Shown: piece by piece, positions 36,337-47,845 of the stretch
How the letters are laid out: every line of letters begins with the position of its first letter
How positions within the stretch are numbered: the stretch's first letter is position 1
Origin: a bacterium
GTDB lineage: Bacteria > Myxococcota_A > Bradymonadia > UBA7976 > UBA1532
Length of the DNA: 64,000 nt
Direction: 5' to 3'
Assembly: GCA_030426085.1 (NCBI GenBank)
Contig: JAUHYW010000012.1
Coordinates: 2,425 to 66,424, forward strand
Program-made: the position numbers and the translations under genes
The notes under the pieces: model-generated
Database searches by the model: none
What the model was told of the DNA's origin: nothing
The model's input: the letters and a program-made list of their open reading frames with translations, nothing else

Positions 36337-37143
36337 CTACCGGCCGTAGCTCGACAGGAACGCCCGCAGCGGCGGGATCACCTCGTCCGCCCGGGACAGC
36401 GCCGCGCTGTGGTGTCCGCCCTCGATGCGCACCAGCCCCCGGGCCCCGGGCAGGTGCTTCGCCAGGAAGGCGCCGTCCTCGAAGGGGATGCCGGCGTCGG
36501 CGGTGCCGTGCACGACGAGCGCCGGGGCCTCGATCTCACCCAGCCGGTCGGCGACGTCGTCCCGCTCGATCATCGCGTCGATGCCCGCCGCGATCGCCTT
36601 GGGATCGTAGCCCCGCCACCGGGGCAGCCAGTCCTTCCACAGCGCGCCCACCTCGGCCTCGGGCCCCAGGATGCCATTGGCGTTGCCGTGCACGATGGGA
36701 TCGACCGCCCCGTGCTCGCGCCACGTATCGCGCACCTGGCGATACACCGCGTGGATCTCGGGCGCGTCGACCGCCGCCCGGGTGCTCATCAGCACCAGCG
36801 CCCGCACCCGCGCGGGGAAGAGCAGCGCGAAGCGCAGCGCCATGTAGCCCCCGCGGGACATGCCGCCGATGACCGCCCGCTCGAGGCCCAGGTGATCCAG
36901 CAGGCCGGCGCAGTCCCGGGCGGCGTCGTAGAAGTCGAAGGGCCGCCCGTCCCACGGGGTCTGCCCGAAGCCCCGGGTGTCGTAGCGGATCACCCGGAAG
37001 TCCCGCCGCAGGGCGTCGGCGATGGGGTCGAACATCCGGTGGTCCATCAGGAAGCCGTGCACCAGCACCACCGGCGGGCGCTTCCCGTCGGGATCACTGT
37101 CGACGTAGTACACGCGTTGTCCGTTGGCATCGGCGAAAGGCAT
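36337..37143 (-). CDS. Alpha/beta hydrolase
   Basis: 268 aa from ATG at 37141-37143 (MPFADANGQRVYY). HG oxyanion motif VVLVHGF, nucleophile elbow GMSRGG, C-terminal His. The longer track ORF is an upstream extension. Confidence 0.7.
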   Translation of the reverse strand: MPFADANGQRVYYVDSDPDGKRPPVVLVHGFLMDHRMFDPIADALRRDFRVIRYDTRGFGQTPWDGRPFDFYDAARDCAGLLDHLGLERAVIGGMSRGGYMALRFALLFPARVRALVLMSTRAAVDAPEIHAVYRQVRDTWREHGAVDPIVHGNANGILGPEAEVGALWKDWLPRWRGYDPKAIAAGIDAMIERDDVADRLGEIEAPALVVHGTADAGIPFEDGAFLAKHLPGARGLVRIEGGHHSAALSRADEVIPPLRAFLSSYGR

Positions 37144-37448
37144 CGGCGGACTCCGTCCGAAGGTGGGCTGGGATAGGATGAACCCGAGCGGTGGCGGGTC
37201 GCGGCGCGGAGGGGAGAGGCGGGAGAGAGAGGCCGTTTTGGGGAGCCGGGCGTCTCTGCGCCGCCCGGCTCCCAGCGATCGTGGAATCGCCGCCCGAAGC
37301 GTAACAACATACACCAGCGCCTGCAAACAAAGCGTTTTATTTGTATCCAAAGCAGAGGGGTTCGTGCCGCTCCGCCGGCCCGGGCGATACGCCGCGGGCG
37401 GACACACCCACCTGATTTCCCGGTCGGGATCGCCTACCATCGGCGGCG

Positions 37449-38597
37449 ATGCAGCCCGATCCTCCGCCGACCATCGACCTCGACAACGGCGCCACCACGC
37501 GCCCCGACCCCGCGATCATGGCCGCCCTGCTCGATCGACAGGCGACCCTCTACGCCAACCCCAGCGCCCGCCACGCCCGGGGCCGGGCCGCCGCCGAGGC
37601 GCTGGAGACCGCCCGCGGCCGGCTGGCGGGGCTGATCGGGGGCGCGCCGGCCGGTCTGATCTTCACCGGCGGGGGCACCGAGGCGCTGGGGCTGGCGCTG
37701 CTCGGCGCGCCCGGCGGCTCCGGGCGGGTGGCGATCTCGGCGGTGGAGCACGCCAGCGTGCGCGAGGCGGCCGGGGCGCTGGTCGAGCGGCGGGGCTGGG
37801 CGCTGGACGTCATCCCGGTCGACGCCGCCGGCCGGGTGCAGCCGGAGGCCCTCACGGCCCACATCGGCCCCGAGACCCGGGCGGTGGCGATCATGCTCGG
37901 TCAGAACGAGGTCGGCGGCGTCAACGACATCGCCCGGCTGGCCCCCGTCGTCCGCCGCGCGGCTCCCCGGGCCCGGCTGGTGGTCGACGCGGTGCAGGCG
38001 CTGGGCAAGATCCCGATCGACGTGGCCGCGCTGGACGTCGACTGCCTCGCGATGACCGCCCACAAGCTGCACGGCCCCCGGGGCATCGGCGCGCTGTGGA
38101 GCCGGGCTCCGCTCGAGCCGCTGTTGCGGGGCGGCGGCCAGGAGGGCGGCCGGCGGGGCGGGACCCAGTCGGCGCCGCTGGCGCTGGCGTTCGCCGAGGC
38201 CGCCGAGCGGGCCCTGGCCGAGCGGGGGCACCTCGCCGCGATGCGCGATCGCTTGTGGGGCGGCATCCGGGCGGCGGTGCCCGGGGCCCGGCTCACCGGC
38301 CCGCCCTGCGGCCCCGGGCGCCTGCCGCACAACCTGCACCTGTGCGTGCCGGGGCTGCCCGGCGAGCCGCTGCTCAACCTGCTCGACGTGGCCGGGGTCT
38401 ACGCCTCGGCGGGCAGCGCCTGTCGCCGGGGGCGCTTCAGCCCGACGCTGGCTGCGATGGGGCACACCGCCGACGAGGGCGCCTGGATCCGGCTGACCAC
38501 CGGCCGCTTCACGACGCCGGCCGAGGTCGACGCCGCCGTCGAGCGCTTCGCCGACGCGGTGCGCCGCCTGCGCCGGCTGTGCGGCCCCGCCCGGTGA
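37449..38597 (+). CDS. Cysteine desulfurase (NifS/IscS-like, class V aminotransferase)
   Basis: 382 aa. LDNGATTRP N-terminus, PLP-lysine motif AHKLHGPRGIGAL, and a C-terminal active-site Cys loop (SAGSACR). Confidence 0.8.
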   Translation: MQPDPPPTIDLDNGATTRPDPAIMAALLDRQATLYANPSARHARGRAAAEALETARGRLAGLIGGAPAGLIFTGGGTEALGLALLGAPGGSGRVAISAVEHASVREAAGALVERRGWALDVIPVDAAGRVQPEALTAHIGPETRAVAIMLGQNEVGGVNDIARLAPVVRRAAPRARLVVDAVQALGKIPIDVAALDVDCLAMTAHKLHGPRGIGALWSRAPLEPLLRGGGQEGGRRGGTQSAPLALAFAEAAERALAERGHLAAMRDRLWGGIRAAVPGARLTGPPCGPGRLPHNLHLCVPGLPGEPLLNLLDVAGVYASAGSACRRGRFSPTLAAMGHTADEGAWIRLTTGRFTTPAEVDAAVERFADAVRRLRRLCGPAR

Positions 38598-38620
38598 GCG
38601 ACCCCGACGAGGCGCTGCTC

Positions 38621-39778
38621 ATGGCCCGGGTCGGCGAGCTATGGCTCAAGGGCCGCAACCGGGATCACTTCGTGCGCGCGCTGCACGACAACCTCCAGAC
38701 CGCGCTGTCGGCCGCGCTGAGCCATGTCCAGGTGATGGCCGGCCGGGGGCGGCTCTACGTCGGCGTGGGCCGGGCCGAGGACGTGCCCCGGGCGCTGGCC
38801 ATCTGCGCCGACGTGCCGGGGCTGGTCGACGTGGCCCGGGTCGAGCGCTGCCCGCCGACGCTCGACGCGATCGAGGCCGCCGCGCTGGCGCTGGTCGAGG
38901 CCCGCTGGGCGGGCGCGACGGGCAGCTTCGCCATCGACGGCCGGCGCACGCAGAAGACGCTGCCGTTCTCCTCGAGCGACCTCAACCGCCGCGTCGGCGC
39001 GGCGGTGCTCGCCGCCACCGGGCTGCGGGTCGACCTGAGCCGCCCCGACCGCACGCTGAGCGTCGAGGTCGGCCCCCGCCGGGCCCACCTGTGGACCGCC
39101 GCCTGCCCCGGCGCGGGCGGGCTGCCGGTGGGCACCGCGGGCGGCGCGCTGCTGATGCTCAGCGGGGGCATCGACTCGCCGGTGGCGGGCTATCTGGCCC
39201 AGAAGCGCGGCTGCCGGCTCGAGGCGGTCTACTTCCACTCGCCGCCCTTCGTCGGCGAGGCCACCCGGGCCAAGGTGCAGGCCCTCGCCCGCCGGCTGGC
39301 CGCCCGCCAGGGCCGGCTGACGCTGCACGTCGCGCCGTTCACCGACCCGCAGCTCGCCATCCGGGACCACTGCGACCGGCGGATGGCCGTGCTGCTGTAC
39401 CGGCGCATGATGTATCGCATCGCCGACCGGCTCGCCGGGCGCCGGGGCCTCGACGCGCTGTGCACCGGCGAGATGCTGGGGCAGGTGGCCAGCCAGACCA
39501 TGGCCAACCTGACCCTGGTCGACGCCGTCTGCGACCGGCTGGTGCTGCGCCCGCTGCTGACCCACGACAAGCAGGAGTCGGTCGCCCTCGCCCGACGCAT
39601 CGGCACCTACGAGACCTCGATCCTGCCCCACGACGACTGCTGCGCGCTCTTCCTGCCCGATCACCCGGTGACCCGGGGCACCGCGCCGCTGATGCGGGGT
39701 CAGGAGAGCCGGATCGACGTCGACGCGCTGGTCGAGCAGGCGGCGCAGGGCGTCGAGTCGGTCGAGATCGAACCGTGA
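38621..39778 (+). CDS. thiI: tRNA 4-thiouridine(8) synthase ThiI (THUMP + PP-loop)
   Basis: ATG at 38621 (MARVGELWLKGRNR is THUMP-like). PP-loop LSGGIDSPVAGY. An in-frame GTG at 38594 overlaps the nifS-like stop as GTGA and is an alternative start. The cysteine desulfurase plus ThiI pairing is classic. Confidence 0.75.
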   Translation: MARVGELWLKGRNRDHFVRALHDNLQTALSAALSHVQVMAGRGRLYVGVGRAEDVPRALAICADVPGLVDVARVERCPPTLDAIEAAALALVEARWAGATGSFAIDGRRTQKTLPFSSSDLNRRVGAAVLAATGLRVDLSRPDRTLSVEVGPRRAHLWTAACPGAGGLPVGTAGGALLMLSGGIDSPVAGYLAQKRGCRLEAVYFHSPPFVGEATRAKVQALARRLAARQGRLTLHVAPFTDPQLAIRDHCDRRMAVLLYRRMMYRIADRLAGRRGLDALCTGEMLGQVASQTMANLTLVDAVCDRLVLRPLLTHDKQESVALARRIGTYETSILPHDDCCALFLPDHPVTRGTAPLMRGQESRIDVDALVEQAAQGVESVEIEP

Positions 39779-39795
39779 GCCCCGGAGGCACCCCC

Positions 39796-40782
39796 ATGGC
39801 ATCGCTCCGCAGCCTGCTGGCCCTGCTCTTCGCCCTCGCCGGGTGCAGCTCGCCGCCCCCGCCTCAGCCCGAGGCGCCGGCTGCGGCGCCCGCCGTCGAG
39901 AGCCCGAAGACCCCGCCGGAGGCCGCGCCGGACGCGACTCCACCCGACGCTGCGCCGCCCGACGCCGCCGCCCCGCCGCCGCCGGTCGCGGTCGGCGACT
40001 ATCCCTGGCTGGACGCCATGGCCGACGCCGGGCCCCTGCCCTCGCTGATCCGGCTCGATACCCGCTTCCCGACCCCGGATGGCTTCACCCGGGTCCCGGT
40101 CGAGCCGGGCAGCTACGCCGCCTGGCTGCGCGGCCTGCCCGTGCGCACCGATCGGACCCATGTGCTGGCCTACGACGGCCGCCGCCTCTTCCGCCCCTCG
40201 GCGGCGATCGTCGCCCTCGACGTGGGCGACCGCGACCTCCAGCAGTGCGCCGACACCGTCATCCGGCTGCACGCCGAGCACCGCTGGCACCGGGGCGAGG
40301 CCGACCGGGTCGCCTATCACTTCACCAGCGGCGACCGCTCGGGCTGGCGCGACTGGCGGCGCGGCGAGCGATTCCGCATCCGGGGGGCGACGGTCGAGCG
40401 ATATCGAGGGCAGGCCCGGAGCAACACCTGGAAGAGCTGGCGTGGCTGGCTGACCCACCTGTTCCGCTACGCCGGCACCCAGTCGCTGAGGCTGGACAGC
40501 GACCCCCTCGGCGATCGCCCGTTCGCGGCGGGCGACTTCATGGTGCACCCCGGCGGTCCGGGGCACGCGGTGGTCGTGCTCGACGTCGCCGCGCACCCCG
40601 ACGGGCGCCGGGTCGCCTTGATCGGGCAGGGCTTCATGCCCGCCGAAGACCTGCACGTCCTCCAGATGCCCGGCGCGCTGAACGACGTGTGGTTCAGCCT
40701 GCCCGCGCCGGGTGAGGGCCCCATCCAGACCCCGTCGTGGCCCCAGCCCTTCGGGCGGGCCCAGGCCCGCCGCTTCCGATGA
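39796..40782 (+). CDS. Lipoprotein, DUF4846-like
   Basis: 328 aa. Lipobox LAGC followed by a Pro/Ala-rich linker. Conserved region FRIRGATVERYRGQARSNTWKSW...HAVVVLDVA. Confidence 0.45.
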   Translation: MASLRSLLALLFALAGCSSPPPPQPEAPAAAPAVESPKTPPEAAPDATPPDAAPPDAAAPPPPVAVGDYPWLDAMADAGPLPSLIRLDTRFPTPDGFTRVPVEPGSYAAWLRGLPVRTDRTHVLAYDGRRLFRPSAAIVALDVGDRDLQQCADTVIRLHAEHRWHRGEADRVAYHFTSGDRSGWRDWRRGERFRIRGATVERYRGQARSNTWKSWRGWLTHLFRYAGTQSLRLDSDPLGDRPFAAGDFMVHPGGPGHAVVVLDVAAHPDGRRVALIGQGFMPAEDLHVLQMPGALNDVWFSLPAPGEGPIQTPSWPQPFGRAQARRFR

Positions 40783-41480
40783 GCGATGTGGACGCCATGA
40801 GCCGCGACGCCCAGTGCGCGCTGGCAGCGCGGCTGATCGCCGAGCGGCTGAACGAGACGGTGGGTCACTGGCGGACGGCCGGATCGACCGTCGCCGGCCC
40901 GGGCAGCACCGGCCTGGGCGTCGTGGAGCACGTCGGCACCCCGGACGGGCACGTCGACGTCGGCTTCCTGCTCGACCGGGCCCGCCCCGACGCCCCTGTG
41001 CTGTGGGACTGCGCGGCGGGCGCGGGCGACGACCCCGCCGAGCGCATCGGGCGGGCGGTCGAGCACTGGTACACCGGCACCTGGCCGGTCATCCGGGAGC
41101 TCTTGAGCGGCCGGCGCACCTTCGCCACCCACTGCCCCGGCGACCACCCGCTCGGTCTGCCGGGGTGGCACGTCATCCGGGGCCCGGTGCTGGCCTTCGG
41201 CGCGCCCGAGGCGGCGCGGGTGCTCCAGGCGTGGGCGGTGCGGGCGCCGCTGCTGCGCGCGATCGGGCCGGCGGTGACGGCCGCGTTCGACCGCCCGGCG
41301 CTCAACGGGATCAAGCTGGTGGTCGGGCCCGACGTGGCCGAGGTCCGGATCAACGGGCGGGTGGACGCCGCGGCGTCGGCGGCGCTGGGCGCGGTGTCGA
41401 TGCCGGCGTTCGAAGGCTTCGGCTTCGTGCGCTGCTTCTCGCTGGCGGTCAGCCCCGAGGGCGCGAGCGGCTCGGCCTGA
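40779..41480 (+). CDS. Hypothetical protein
   Basis: 233 aa from an ATG overlapping the upstream stop as ATGA. GC3-rich codon usage consistent with coding. No recognisable motif. Confidence 0.4.
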   Translation: MSDVDAMSRDAQCALAARLIAERLNETVGHWRTAGSTVAGPGSTGLGVVEHVGTPDGHVDVGFLLDRARPDAPVLWDCAAGAGDDPAERIGRAVEHWYTGTWPVIRELLSGRRTFATHCPGDHPLGLPGWHVIRGPVLAFGAPEAARVLQAWAVRAPLLRAIGPAVTAAFDRPALNGIKLVVGPDVAEVRINGRVDAAASAALGAVSMPAFEGFGFVRCFSLAVSPEGASGSA

Positions 41481-42861
41481 TCCGGGCCAGCGCGGCGAGA
41501 ACCAGCAGGATCAGCCCCGCCGGCGCCCCCCCGCCGGGGCGCACGCCGCAGCTCCCGGGATCGGTCGTCGGCCCGGCGTCGGGTGGCGTGGCGTCGCCCG
41601 GCCCCCCATCGAGCGGGCCGGGCCCGTCATCGGGCTCACCCCCATCCGCCCCACCGTCGACCGCCCCGTCCACCCCGCCGTCGAGCGGCGTCAGCTCGAA
41701 CGTCGGCGGCTGGGTGCACATCTCGACCAGATCAGCGGGTGGCGGCATCTGCCCGCAGTCCTCCGGCGGCACGAGCTGCCCCGGGCACAGCCCCCGGCAG
41801 CAGAGACGGGCGCGGCTGTCGGCGGGGCAGTCCCAGCGCTGGTCGACCACCTCGTAGCGCTGGATCGCGACGTCCCACGTCCGCCCGAAGTCGCCGCTCG
41901 ACGCGATGGCCCAGGGGTCGGTGAAGTACGGGTCGCGGCAGCCCCACAGCCGCCCGTCGGGGGCGGCGACGAGGCACCGGGGCACCGGATCTTCGTCGAC
42001 CTCGACCCAGGTCAGGCCCCCGTCGTCGCTGCGCTGGGGCGAGGCGATGGGCCCCCCGACCAGCCCCTCGCCGGTGACCGGGTCGAAGAGCATCTGCAAG
42101 CCGAAGTCGCTGATGGTGCCCACCCGGCTCCAGCTCGCGCCGGCGTCCGCCGAGCGGATCAGAGCCGTGCCCCGGATGTTCTCCACCGCCGCGAAGACGA
42201 CGTCGCCGTCGCCCGGATCGAGCGCCAGCAGGCGGAAGTCTTCGACGCGGCCGATCTCGGGGTCGTCGAGCGGCACGTCGACGAAGGTCTCGCCGCCGTC
42301 GTCGCTGCGCATCAGCCCGTCGGCGTGGCTCAGATAGACCCGCGAGGGGTCGTCGGCCGGGCGCAGGAACACCCGCAGCAGGCCCGGCAGGCGCAGGCCG
42401 GCGGGGCTCCAGGTGCGGCCGAAGTCGTCCGAGCGGAACAGGTCGTTGGCCACCCCCGGGGTGGCGCTGGCGGTCCACAGGGTCGGGTCGAGCGGGTGGC
42501 CCCACAAGCCGATGAGCCGGTGCACGCCGACCGGGCCGTCGATCCGGGCGAAGCTGCACCCGCCGTCGTCGGTGACGAAGCCGCCGTTGGTGCTCACCGC
42601 GACCCAGCGCGAGGCGTCGGCGGGGTCGATGGCCAGCCCCCGCAAGCCGGCGGTGGGCGACAGCGCGTCCTCGCACAGCCACTGGAAGTCGCCCTTGGGG
42701 TCGGCGAAGAGCCCCTGCCCGTCGGTGAGCACGTAGGCCGTGTCGGGGGCGGCGGCGGTGAAGACGATGCGGATGGCCCGGGGCTGGTCGGCGTGGGCCG
42801 CCGCGAGCCGGGGCGCCAGGGCGGCGAAGGCCACGGCGAGGGCGATGGAGAGATGCTTCAT
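41449..42861 (-). CDS. Secreted BNR/sortilin-like repeat beta-propeller protein with a Cys-Gly-TM-Arg C-terminal sorting tail
   Basis: ATG at 42859-42861. Signal peptide MKHLSIALAVAFAALAPRLAAAHA. Repeated S-x-D-x-G-x-T-W/F motifs (SDDFGRTW, SDDGGETF, SDDGGLTW, SGDFGRTW). The C-terminus is GSCGVRPGGGAPAGLILLVLAALARIRPSRSRPRG. Confidence 0.55.
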   Translation of the reverse strand: MKHLSIALAVAFAALAPRLAAAHADQPRAIRIVFTAAAPDTAYVLTDGQGLFADPKGDFQWLCEDALSPTAGLRGLAIDPADASRWVAVSTNGGFVTDDGGCSFARIDGPVGVHRLIGLWGHPLDPTLWTASATPGVANDLFRSDDFGRTWSPAGLRLPGLLRVFLRPADDPSRVYLSHADGLMRSDDGGETFVDVPLDDPEIGRVEDFRLLALDPGDGDVVFAAVENIRGTALIRSADAGASWSRVGTISDFGLQMLFDPVTGEGLVGGPIASPQRSDDGGLTWVEVDEDPVPRCLVAAPDGRLWGCRDPYFTDPWAIASSGDFGRTWDVAIQRYEVVDQRWDCPADSRARLCCRGLCPGQLVPPEDCGQMPPPADLVEMCTQPPTFELTPLDGGVDGAVDGGADGGEPDDGPGPLDGGPGDATPPDAGPTTDPGSCGVRPGGGAPAGLILLVLAALARIRPSRSRPRG

Positions 42862-42911
42862 GCTTCGGAGATGGCCCGGCGGGGGCCCGGGTCGCCGCAC
42901 GACGATCGACG

Positions 42912-43151
42912 TCAGCCGGCGCCGCGCACCCCGAGTACCGCCAGGGCCCCGCCGACGGCCACCGCCAGCGACAGGGCCCCGCCGACGATGCTCGGCACCG
43001 GGCTCAGGCCGGCCTCTTTGTAGGCCCGGGCGTCGCGCCCGTTGATCACGACCCCGGCCACGGCGATCGCCGCCGCGGCGCCGTAGCCCAGGGCCGGCGC
43101 GACCCACAATGTCAGGGTGATGACGGTGGCCCCCAGCGCGGGCACCGCCAT
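42912..43151 (-). CDS. Small hydrophobic membrane protein, hypothetical
   Basis: About 80 aa from an internal Met (MAVPALGATVITLTLWVAPALGYG...). Two predicted TM helices. Lies directly upstream of the BNR-repeat gene on the same strand. Weak. Confidence 0.25.
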   Translation of the reverse strand: MAVPALGATVITLTLWVAPALGYGAAAAIAVAGVVINGRDARAYKEAGLSPVPSIVGGALSLAVAVGGALAVLGVRGAG

Positions 43152-43200
43152 CGCGCGGGGCCAGGGCGAGGGCCCGGTCGGAGCAGGCGGGCGCACGGCG

Positions 43201-44469
43201 CTATTCGAGCACGATGCGGCCGTCGTCGGTCAGCCGGAGGGCCTTGGTGACGGTCGCGTCCTCGCCGACCCGCACCTTGAACTTCGCCTTGGTCTTCGTC
43301 TCGGGCTCGACGACCACCAGATCGTGCTCCCCGGCGAGCAGGTTCTTCAGCTCGATCGGCAGCGCGTCCTGCTCCTCGGCGTCGACGTAGACGGTGAGGC
43401 TCTTCGGCCCGGTGATCTTGAGGCCGCCGTAGACCTTCTTCGGCGGGGGCAGCCGCATCAGCACGGTGTAGTTGGGGTCGACCACGTCGATGGCCACCCG
43501 ATCCTTGCCGTAATCCCGGGCGCTGGCCTCGAGCACCAGCGGGTAGCCGATGCGGGCGAACACCTGCACCGGGCGGCTGCCGGTGCTGCCCTCGCGGTCG
43601 CTCTTGCCCCCCGCCACCCGGTCGATGCGGGCCACGAGCGGGTCGGACTCGACGGTGACGGTGGCCATCGCGCGGGCGTTGTCCGGGTCGACCGGCACCA
43701 TGCGCACCCCGATGCGCCGCTCGGCCCCGGCCCCGACCTCGTAGCGCACCGTGTGCGGCTCGTGGCCCTCCTTCTGCAACCGGAAGAAGACCGGGTGCCC
43801 CGCGGGCAGCCCCTCGAGCTTGAACGGCGTCTCGCCGACCACCACCCCGCCGTAGGTGATGAACGCGCCCGGCGGGTCGCTGTTGACCTCCAGGCTGCCG
43901 GTCTCGACCTTGCCCTTCTCGAGCGCCAGCTTCAGCGTCTCCTCGCTGCCGGTGATGGTCAGCGCCTTCATGAGCGGGGCGTGGCCGTCGAGGTACATGT
44001 GCACCCGCACCGGCTGCCCGACGAAGGTCTGCACCGCGGTGGGGGTCGGCGAGCCGTGGGGGTTGCCGTTGACCACCACCCGGGCCCCCGGGGGGTCGCT
44101 CTCGAGCCGCAGCAGCGCCTTCTTGGGCGGCGGCGCGATCTCGATCTCTTCGGGGGCGGCCCCGGCGGCGGTGATCGACTGCGGGGTGCCGAGCTGGATG
44201 CCCTCGGGGTTGCCCCGCACCCGGTCGCTCTCCAGATCGCGGCTCATCACGAAGTACAGCCCGACGCCGCCGAGCGCGATCACCACCAGGAACACCAGCC
44301 CGGCGTAGCTCCGGTGGCTCTTGATCGGCACGTCGACCAGCATGTCGGGGTCGGGCAGCAGGCTGTTGGGGGGGGGCTGCTCCGGCGCGCGGGGGCGGCT
44401 GCGGGGGGCCAGATCGATCTCCTCGGGCGGCGGCTCGGGCACCGCGTTGAGGACGCCCCAGTCTTCCAT
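43201..44469 (-). CDS. PEGA-domain membrane-anchored protein
   Basis: First ATG at 44467-44469 (MEDWGV...). The track ORF starts at a TTG at 44502. One TM helix (YAGLVFLVVIALGGVGLYFV). At least two PEGA-like motifs (SDPPGARVVVNG, SDPPGAFITYGG). Confidence 0.6.
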   Translation of the reverse strand: MEDWGVLNAVPEPPPEEIDLAPRSRPRAPEQPPPNSLLPDPDMLVDVPIKSHRSYAGLVFLVVIALGGVGLYFVMSRDLESDRVRGNPEGIQLGTPQSITAAGAAPEEIEIAPPPKKALLRLESDPPGARVVVNGNPHGSPTPTAVQTFVGQPVRVHMYLDGHAPLMKALTITGSEETLKLALEKGKVETGSLEVNSDPPGAFITYGGVVVGETPFKLEGLPAGHPVFFRLQKEGHEPHTVRYEVGAGAERRIGVRMVPVDPDNARAMATVTVESDPLVARIDRVAGGKSDREGSTGSRPVQVFARIGYPLVLEASARDYGKDRVAIDVVDPNYTVLMRLPPPKKVYGGLKITGPKSLTVYVDAEEQDALPIELKNLLAGEHDLVVVEPETKTKAKFKVRVGEDATVTKALRLTDDGRIVLE

Positions 44470-44709
44470 GCGCGGCTTTCGGTGGTCGTCGTCGTGAGCC
44501 AACGCGCGTCTCCTCGGTTTTGTGCTCGCCGTATCGTACTCCGACGGCGCGCGGTGTCCAGCCCGGCGTCAGGAGCGCGGCGGGGTCGTCGTGCACAGGA
44601 TGCCCCGGACCCCCGTCGACGTTTCGCCCGAGGCCCGATTGCGCGCCCCGGGCCGACATTGGTGGTTGACAGGGGGCCCGCGAATTGAAAGTCTGCGCCG
44701 GCCGGACCA

Positions 44710-44725
44710 CTGAACGGAGTATCAG
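44710..44725. promoter_or_regulatory. Deltaproteobacterial-type LexA (SOS) box upstream of cinA-thpR-recA
   Basis: Minus-strand reading CTGATACTCCGTTCAG fits CTR-N7-GTTCAG of the Myxococcus-type SOS box CTRHAMRYBYGTTCAGS, with mismatches at three degenerate positions (5, 7 and the final S). It ends 4 nt before the GTG of cinA and overlaps the RBS. Confidence 0.5.
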
Positions 44726-44728
44726 CAG

Positions 44729-46009
44729 GTGTCGGGGCGGATCGAGGTCCTCACAATCGGCGACGAGCTGCTCGACGGGGCGGTGCTCGACGGCAACGCG
44801 GCCCACATCGGGGCGGCGCTGGCGGGGCACGGCCGGGCGGTGACCCGCGGCGAGCGGCTGCCCGACCGGCTCGACGTGCTGGTGCCCGCGCTGAAGGCGA
44901 TCGCCGCCCGGGCCGACGTCTGCATCTGCACCGGCGGGTTGGGGCCGACCGACGACGACCTGACCCTGGCCGCGCTGGCTGCGGCGGCCGGCGTCGAGCG
45001 GGCCTTCGACCCCGCCGCCTGGGCCCGCGTCGAGCAGGTCTACGGCGCGCGCACCCCGCCCGCCCGCAACCGGAGTCAGGCGACCCTGCCGGTCGGCGCC
45101 CGCCCGCTCCACACCGAGGTCGGCACCGCACCGGGGGTCGAGATCACCATCGGCGGCTGCCGGTTCTTCGCTCTGCCCGGCGTGCCCCGCGAGATGCGGT
45201 GGTTCCTCACCCGCTACGTGCTGCCCGCGCTCGAGCGGGGCCCCCGCCGGGTCCGGCTGCTGCGCCACGTCGGCGTCGGCGAGAGCACCCTGGCCGAGCG
45301 CCTCGACGGGGTCGCGCTGCCCGCGGGGGTCGAGATCGCGTGGCTCACCCCGCTGCCCGAGGTGCACATCAAGCTGATCGGCGACGACCCCGAGGCCCTC
45401 GACCGGGCCGCGGCCGCGATCAAAGCCGCGACGGGGCCGGCGTTCGTCGGCGAGGGCGACATCGGGCTGGCGGCGGCAACCCTCCGGGCGTGCGAGGCCG
45501 TCGGCTGGCGCATCGGCGCCGCCGAGAGCTGCACCGGGGGGCTCGTGGGCGCCGCGCTGACCGACATCTCGGGCGCGTCGGCGGTGTTCGACGGCTCGAT
45601 CGTCAGCTACGCCAACGCGGTCAAGCACCGGGCGCTCGGCGTGCCCCGCTGGATCCTGGACAGCCCGCGCTACGGCGCGGTCAGCGAAGAGTGCGCCCGG
45701 GCGATGGCGCTCGGCGCCCGGCAGGCCCTGGCGGTGGACGTGGCGGTGGCCATCACCGGCATCGCCGGGCCCGGCGGGGGCAGCCCCGACAAGCCGGTGG
45801 GCACCGTGTGGTTCGCCTGGGCCGGCCTGCCGACGGCGCCCGGCCCCGACGGGGTCGTCGAGCCCACCGTCGCCGAGATCCGCCGGTTCTCCGGCGGCCG
45901 GGACGCCATCCGGGCCCGGGCGGTGGCCCACGCCCTCGACCGCATCCGCCGGGCCGCGCTGCGCCGGGCCACGCCGGGCCCCGCGCCCACCACCGGGAGC
46001 AGCCGATGA
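44729..46009 (+). CDS. cinA: CinA-family competence/damage-inducible protein (MoCF-binding domain plus C-terminal PncC-like deamidase)
   Basis: 426 aa with a GTG start. N-terminus [13 protein letters not shown]...[18 protein letters not shown] is a molybdopterin-binding fold. C-terminus [15 protein letters not shown]...[10 protein letters not shown] matches the CinA C-terminal domain. Confidence 0.8.
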   Translation: MSGRIEVLTIGDELLDGAVLDGNAAHIGAALAGHGRAVTRGERLPDRLDVLVPALKAIAARADVCICTGGLGPTDDDLTLAALAAAAGVERAFDPAAWARVEQVYGARTPPARNRSQATLPVGARPLHTEVGTAPGVEITIGGCRFFALPGVPREMRWFLTRYVLPALERGPRRVRLLRHVGVGESTLAERLDGVALPAGVEIAWLTPLPEVHIKLIGDDPEALDRAAAAIKAATGPAFVGEGDIGLAAATLRACEAVGWRIGAAESCTGGLVGAALTDISGASAVFDGSIVSYANAVKHRALGVPRWILDSPRYGAVSEECARAMALGARQALAVDVAVAITGIAGPGGGSPDKPVGTVWFAWAGLPTAPGPDGVVEPTVAEIRRFSGGRDAIRARAVAHALDRIRRAALRRATPGPAPTTGSSR

Positions 46010-46707
46010 CCGCCGGACACGCCTTCATCGGGGTCGAGGTGCCCCGCAAGACCGCGCTGGCCCTCGACGGCCTGCAGCACACGATCGAGCAGCAGGTGCG
46101 GGCCGCGGGGGGCACGGCCGAGCGCATCCCCCGGCGCATCCTGGCGCTGCCGCTCGACGACCTCGGCGTGGTCGAGGCCCCGGCCATCGAGGCCGCCGAG
46201 CTGGCGATGCAGCGGGTCGCCCGGCGCCACCCGCCGTTCTCGGTGCCCCTGCGCGGGGTGCGGGGGCTGCCCGAAGCCAACCCCCGGGTGGCCCGCATCG
46301 AGGCCCGGGACGACAAAGAGCGCCTGAGCCGGCTGCGGGCCGAGCTGCACGCCGCGCTCGAACGCTACGGGTTCCCGGTGCCCACCGGGGATTGGCGGCC
46401 GCACGTCCCGCTGTGCCGGATCGACGGCGTCGAGCGGCTGCCGGCGGTGGACGACCGGGGCGGACCGGGCGTGGTGCGGGTGCGGCGGTTGGTGCTCTTC
46501 CAGCGCACGCCGGGCGTCGCCCCCGGCCGATTCCGGGCGGCGGCGCTGGTGCCGCTGGTGCCGGCCCACGCCGCCGACGTCGAGGCCGCCCCCGACGAGG
46601 ACGCCGCCCGGGCCGGGATCGCCGCCGAGCTCGATGCCCGGCTCGACCGACGCATGCAACAGATCAAGACCACCCGTGCCCGGCGCAAGCGGCGCCGGGC
46701 CGGCTGA
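46006..46707 (+). CDS. thpR: 2H-phosphoesterase family protein (RNA 2',3'-cyclic phosphodiesterase ThpR/LigT-like)
   Basis: 233 aa. Start overlaps the cinA stop as ATGA. First H-x-T motif (LQHTIEQ); a second His region PHVPLCRI. The cinA-ligT-recA gene order is widely conserved. Confidence 0.5.
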   Translation: MTAGHAFIGVEVPRKTALALDGLQHTIEQQVRAAGGTAERIPRRILALPLDDLGVVEAPAIEAAELAMQRVARRHPPFSVPLRGVRGLPEANPRVARIEARDDKERLSRLRAELHAALERYGFPVPTGDWRPHVPLCRIDGVERLPAVDDRGGPGVVRVRRLVLFQRTPGVAPGRFRAAALVPLVPAHAADVEAAPDEDAARAGIAAELDARLDRRMQQIKTTRARRKRRRAG

Positions 46708-46743
46708 CGGGCCCCCCGAGGCCCCCCCAGGAGAAGGCACATC

Positions 46744-47805
<1,062 letters not shown>

Positions 47806-47845
47806 GCCGCCCGACCTCGGGGCGCGCGCCGGCCGACGACCGGAG

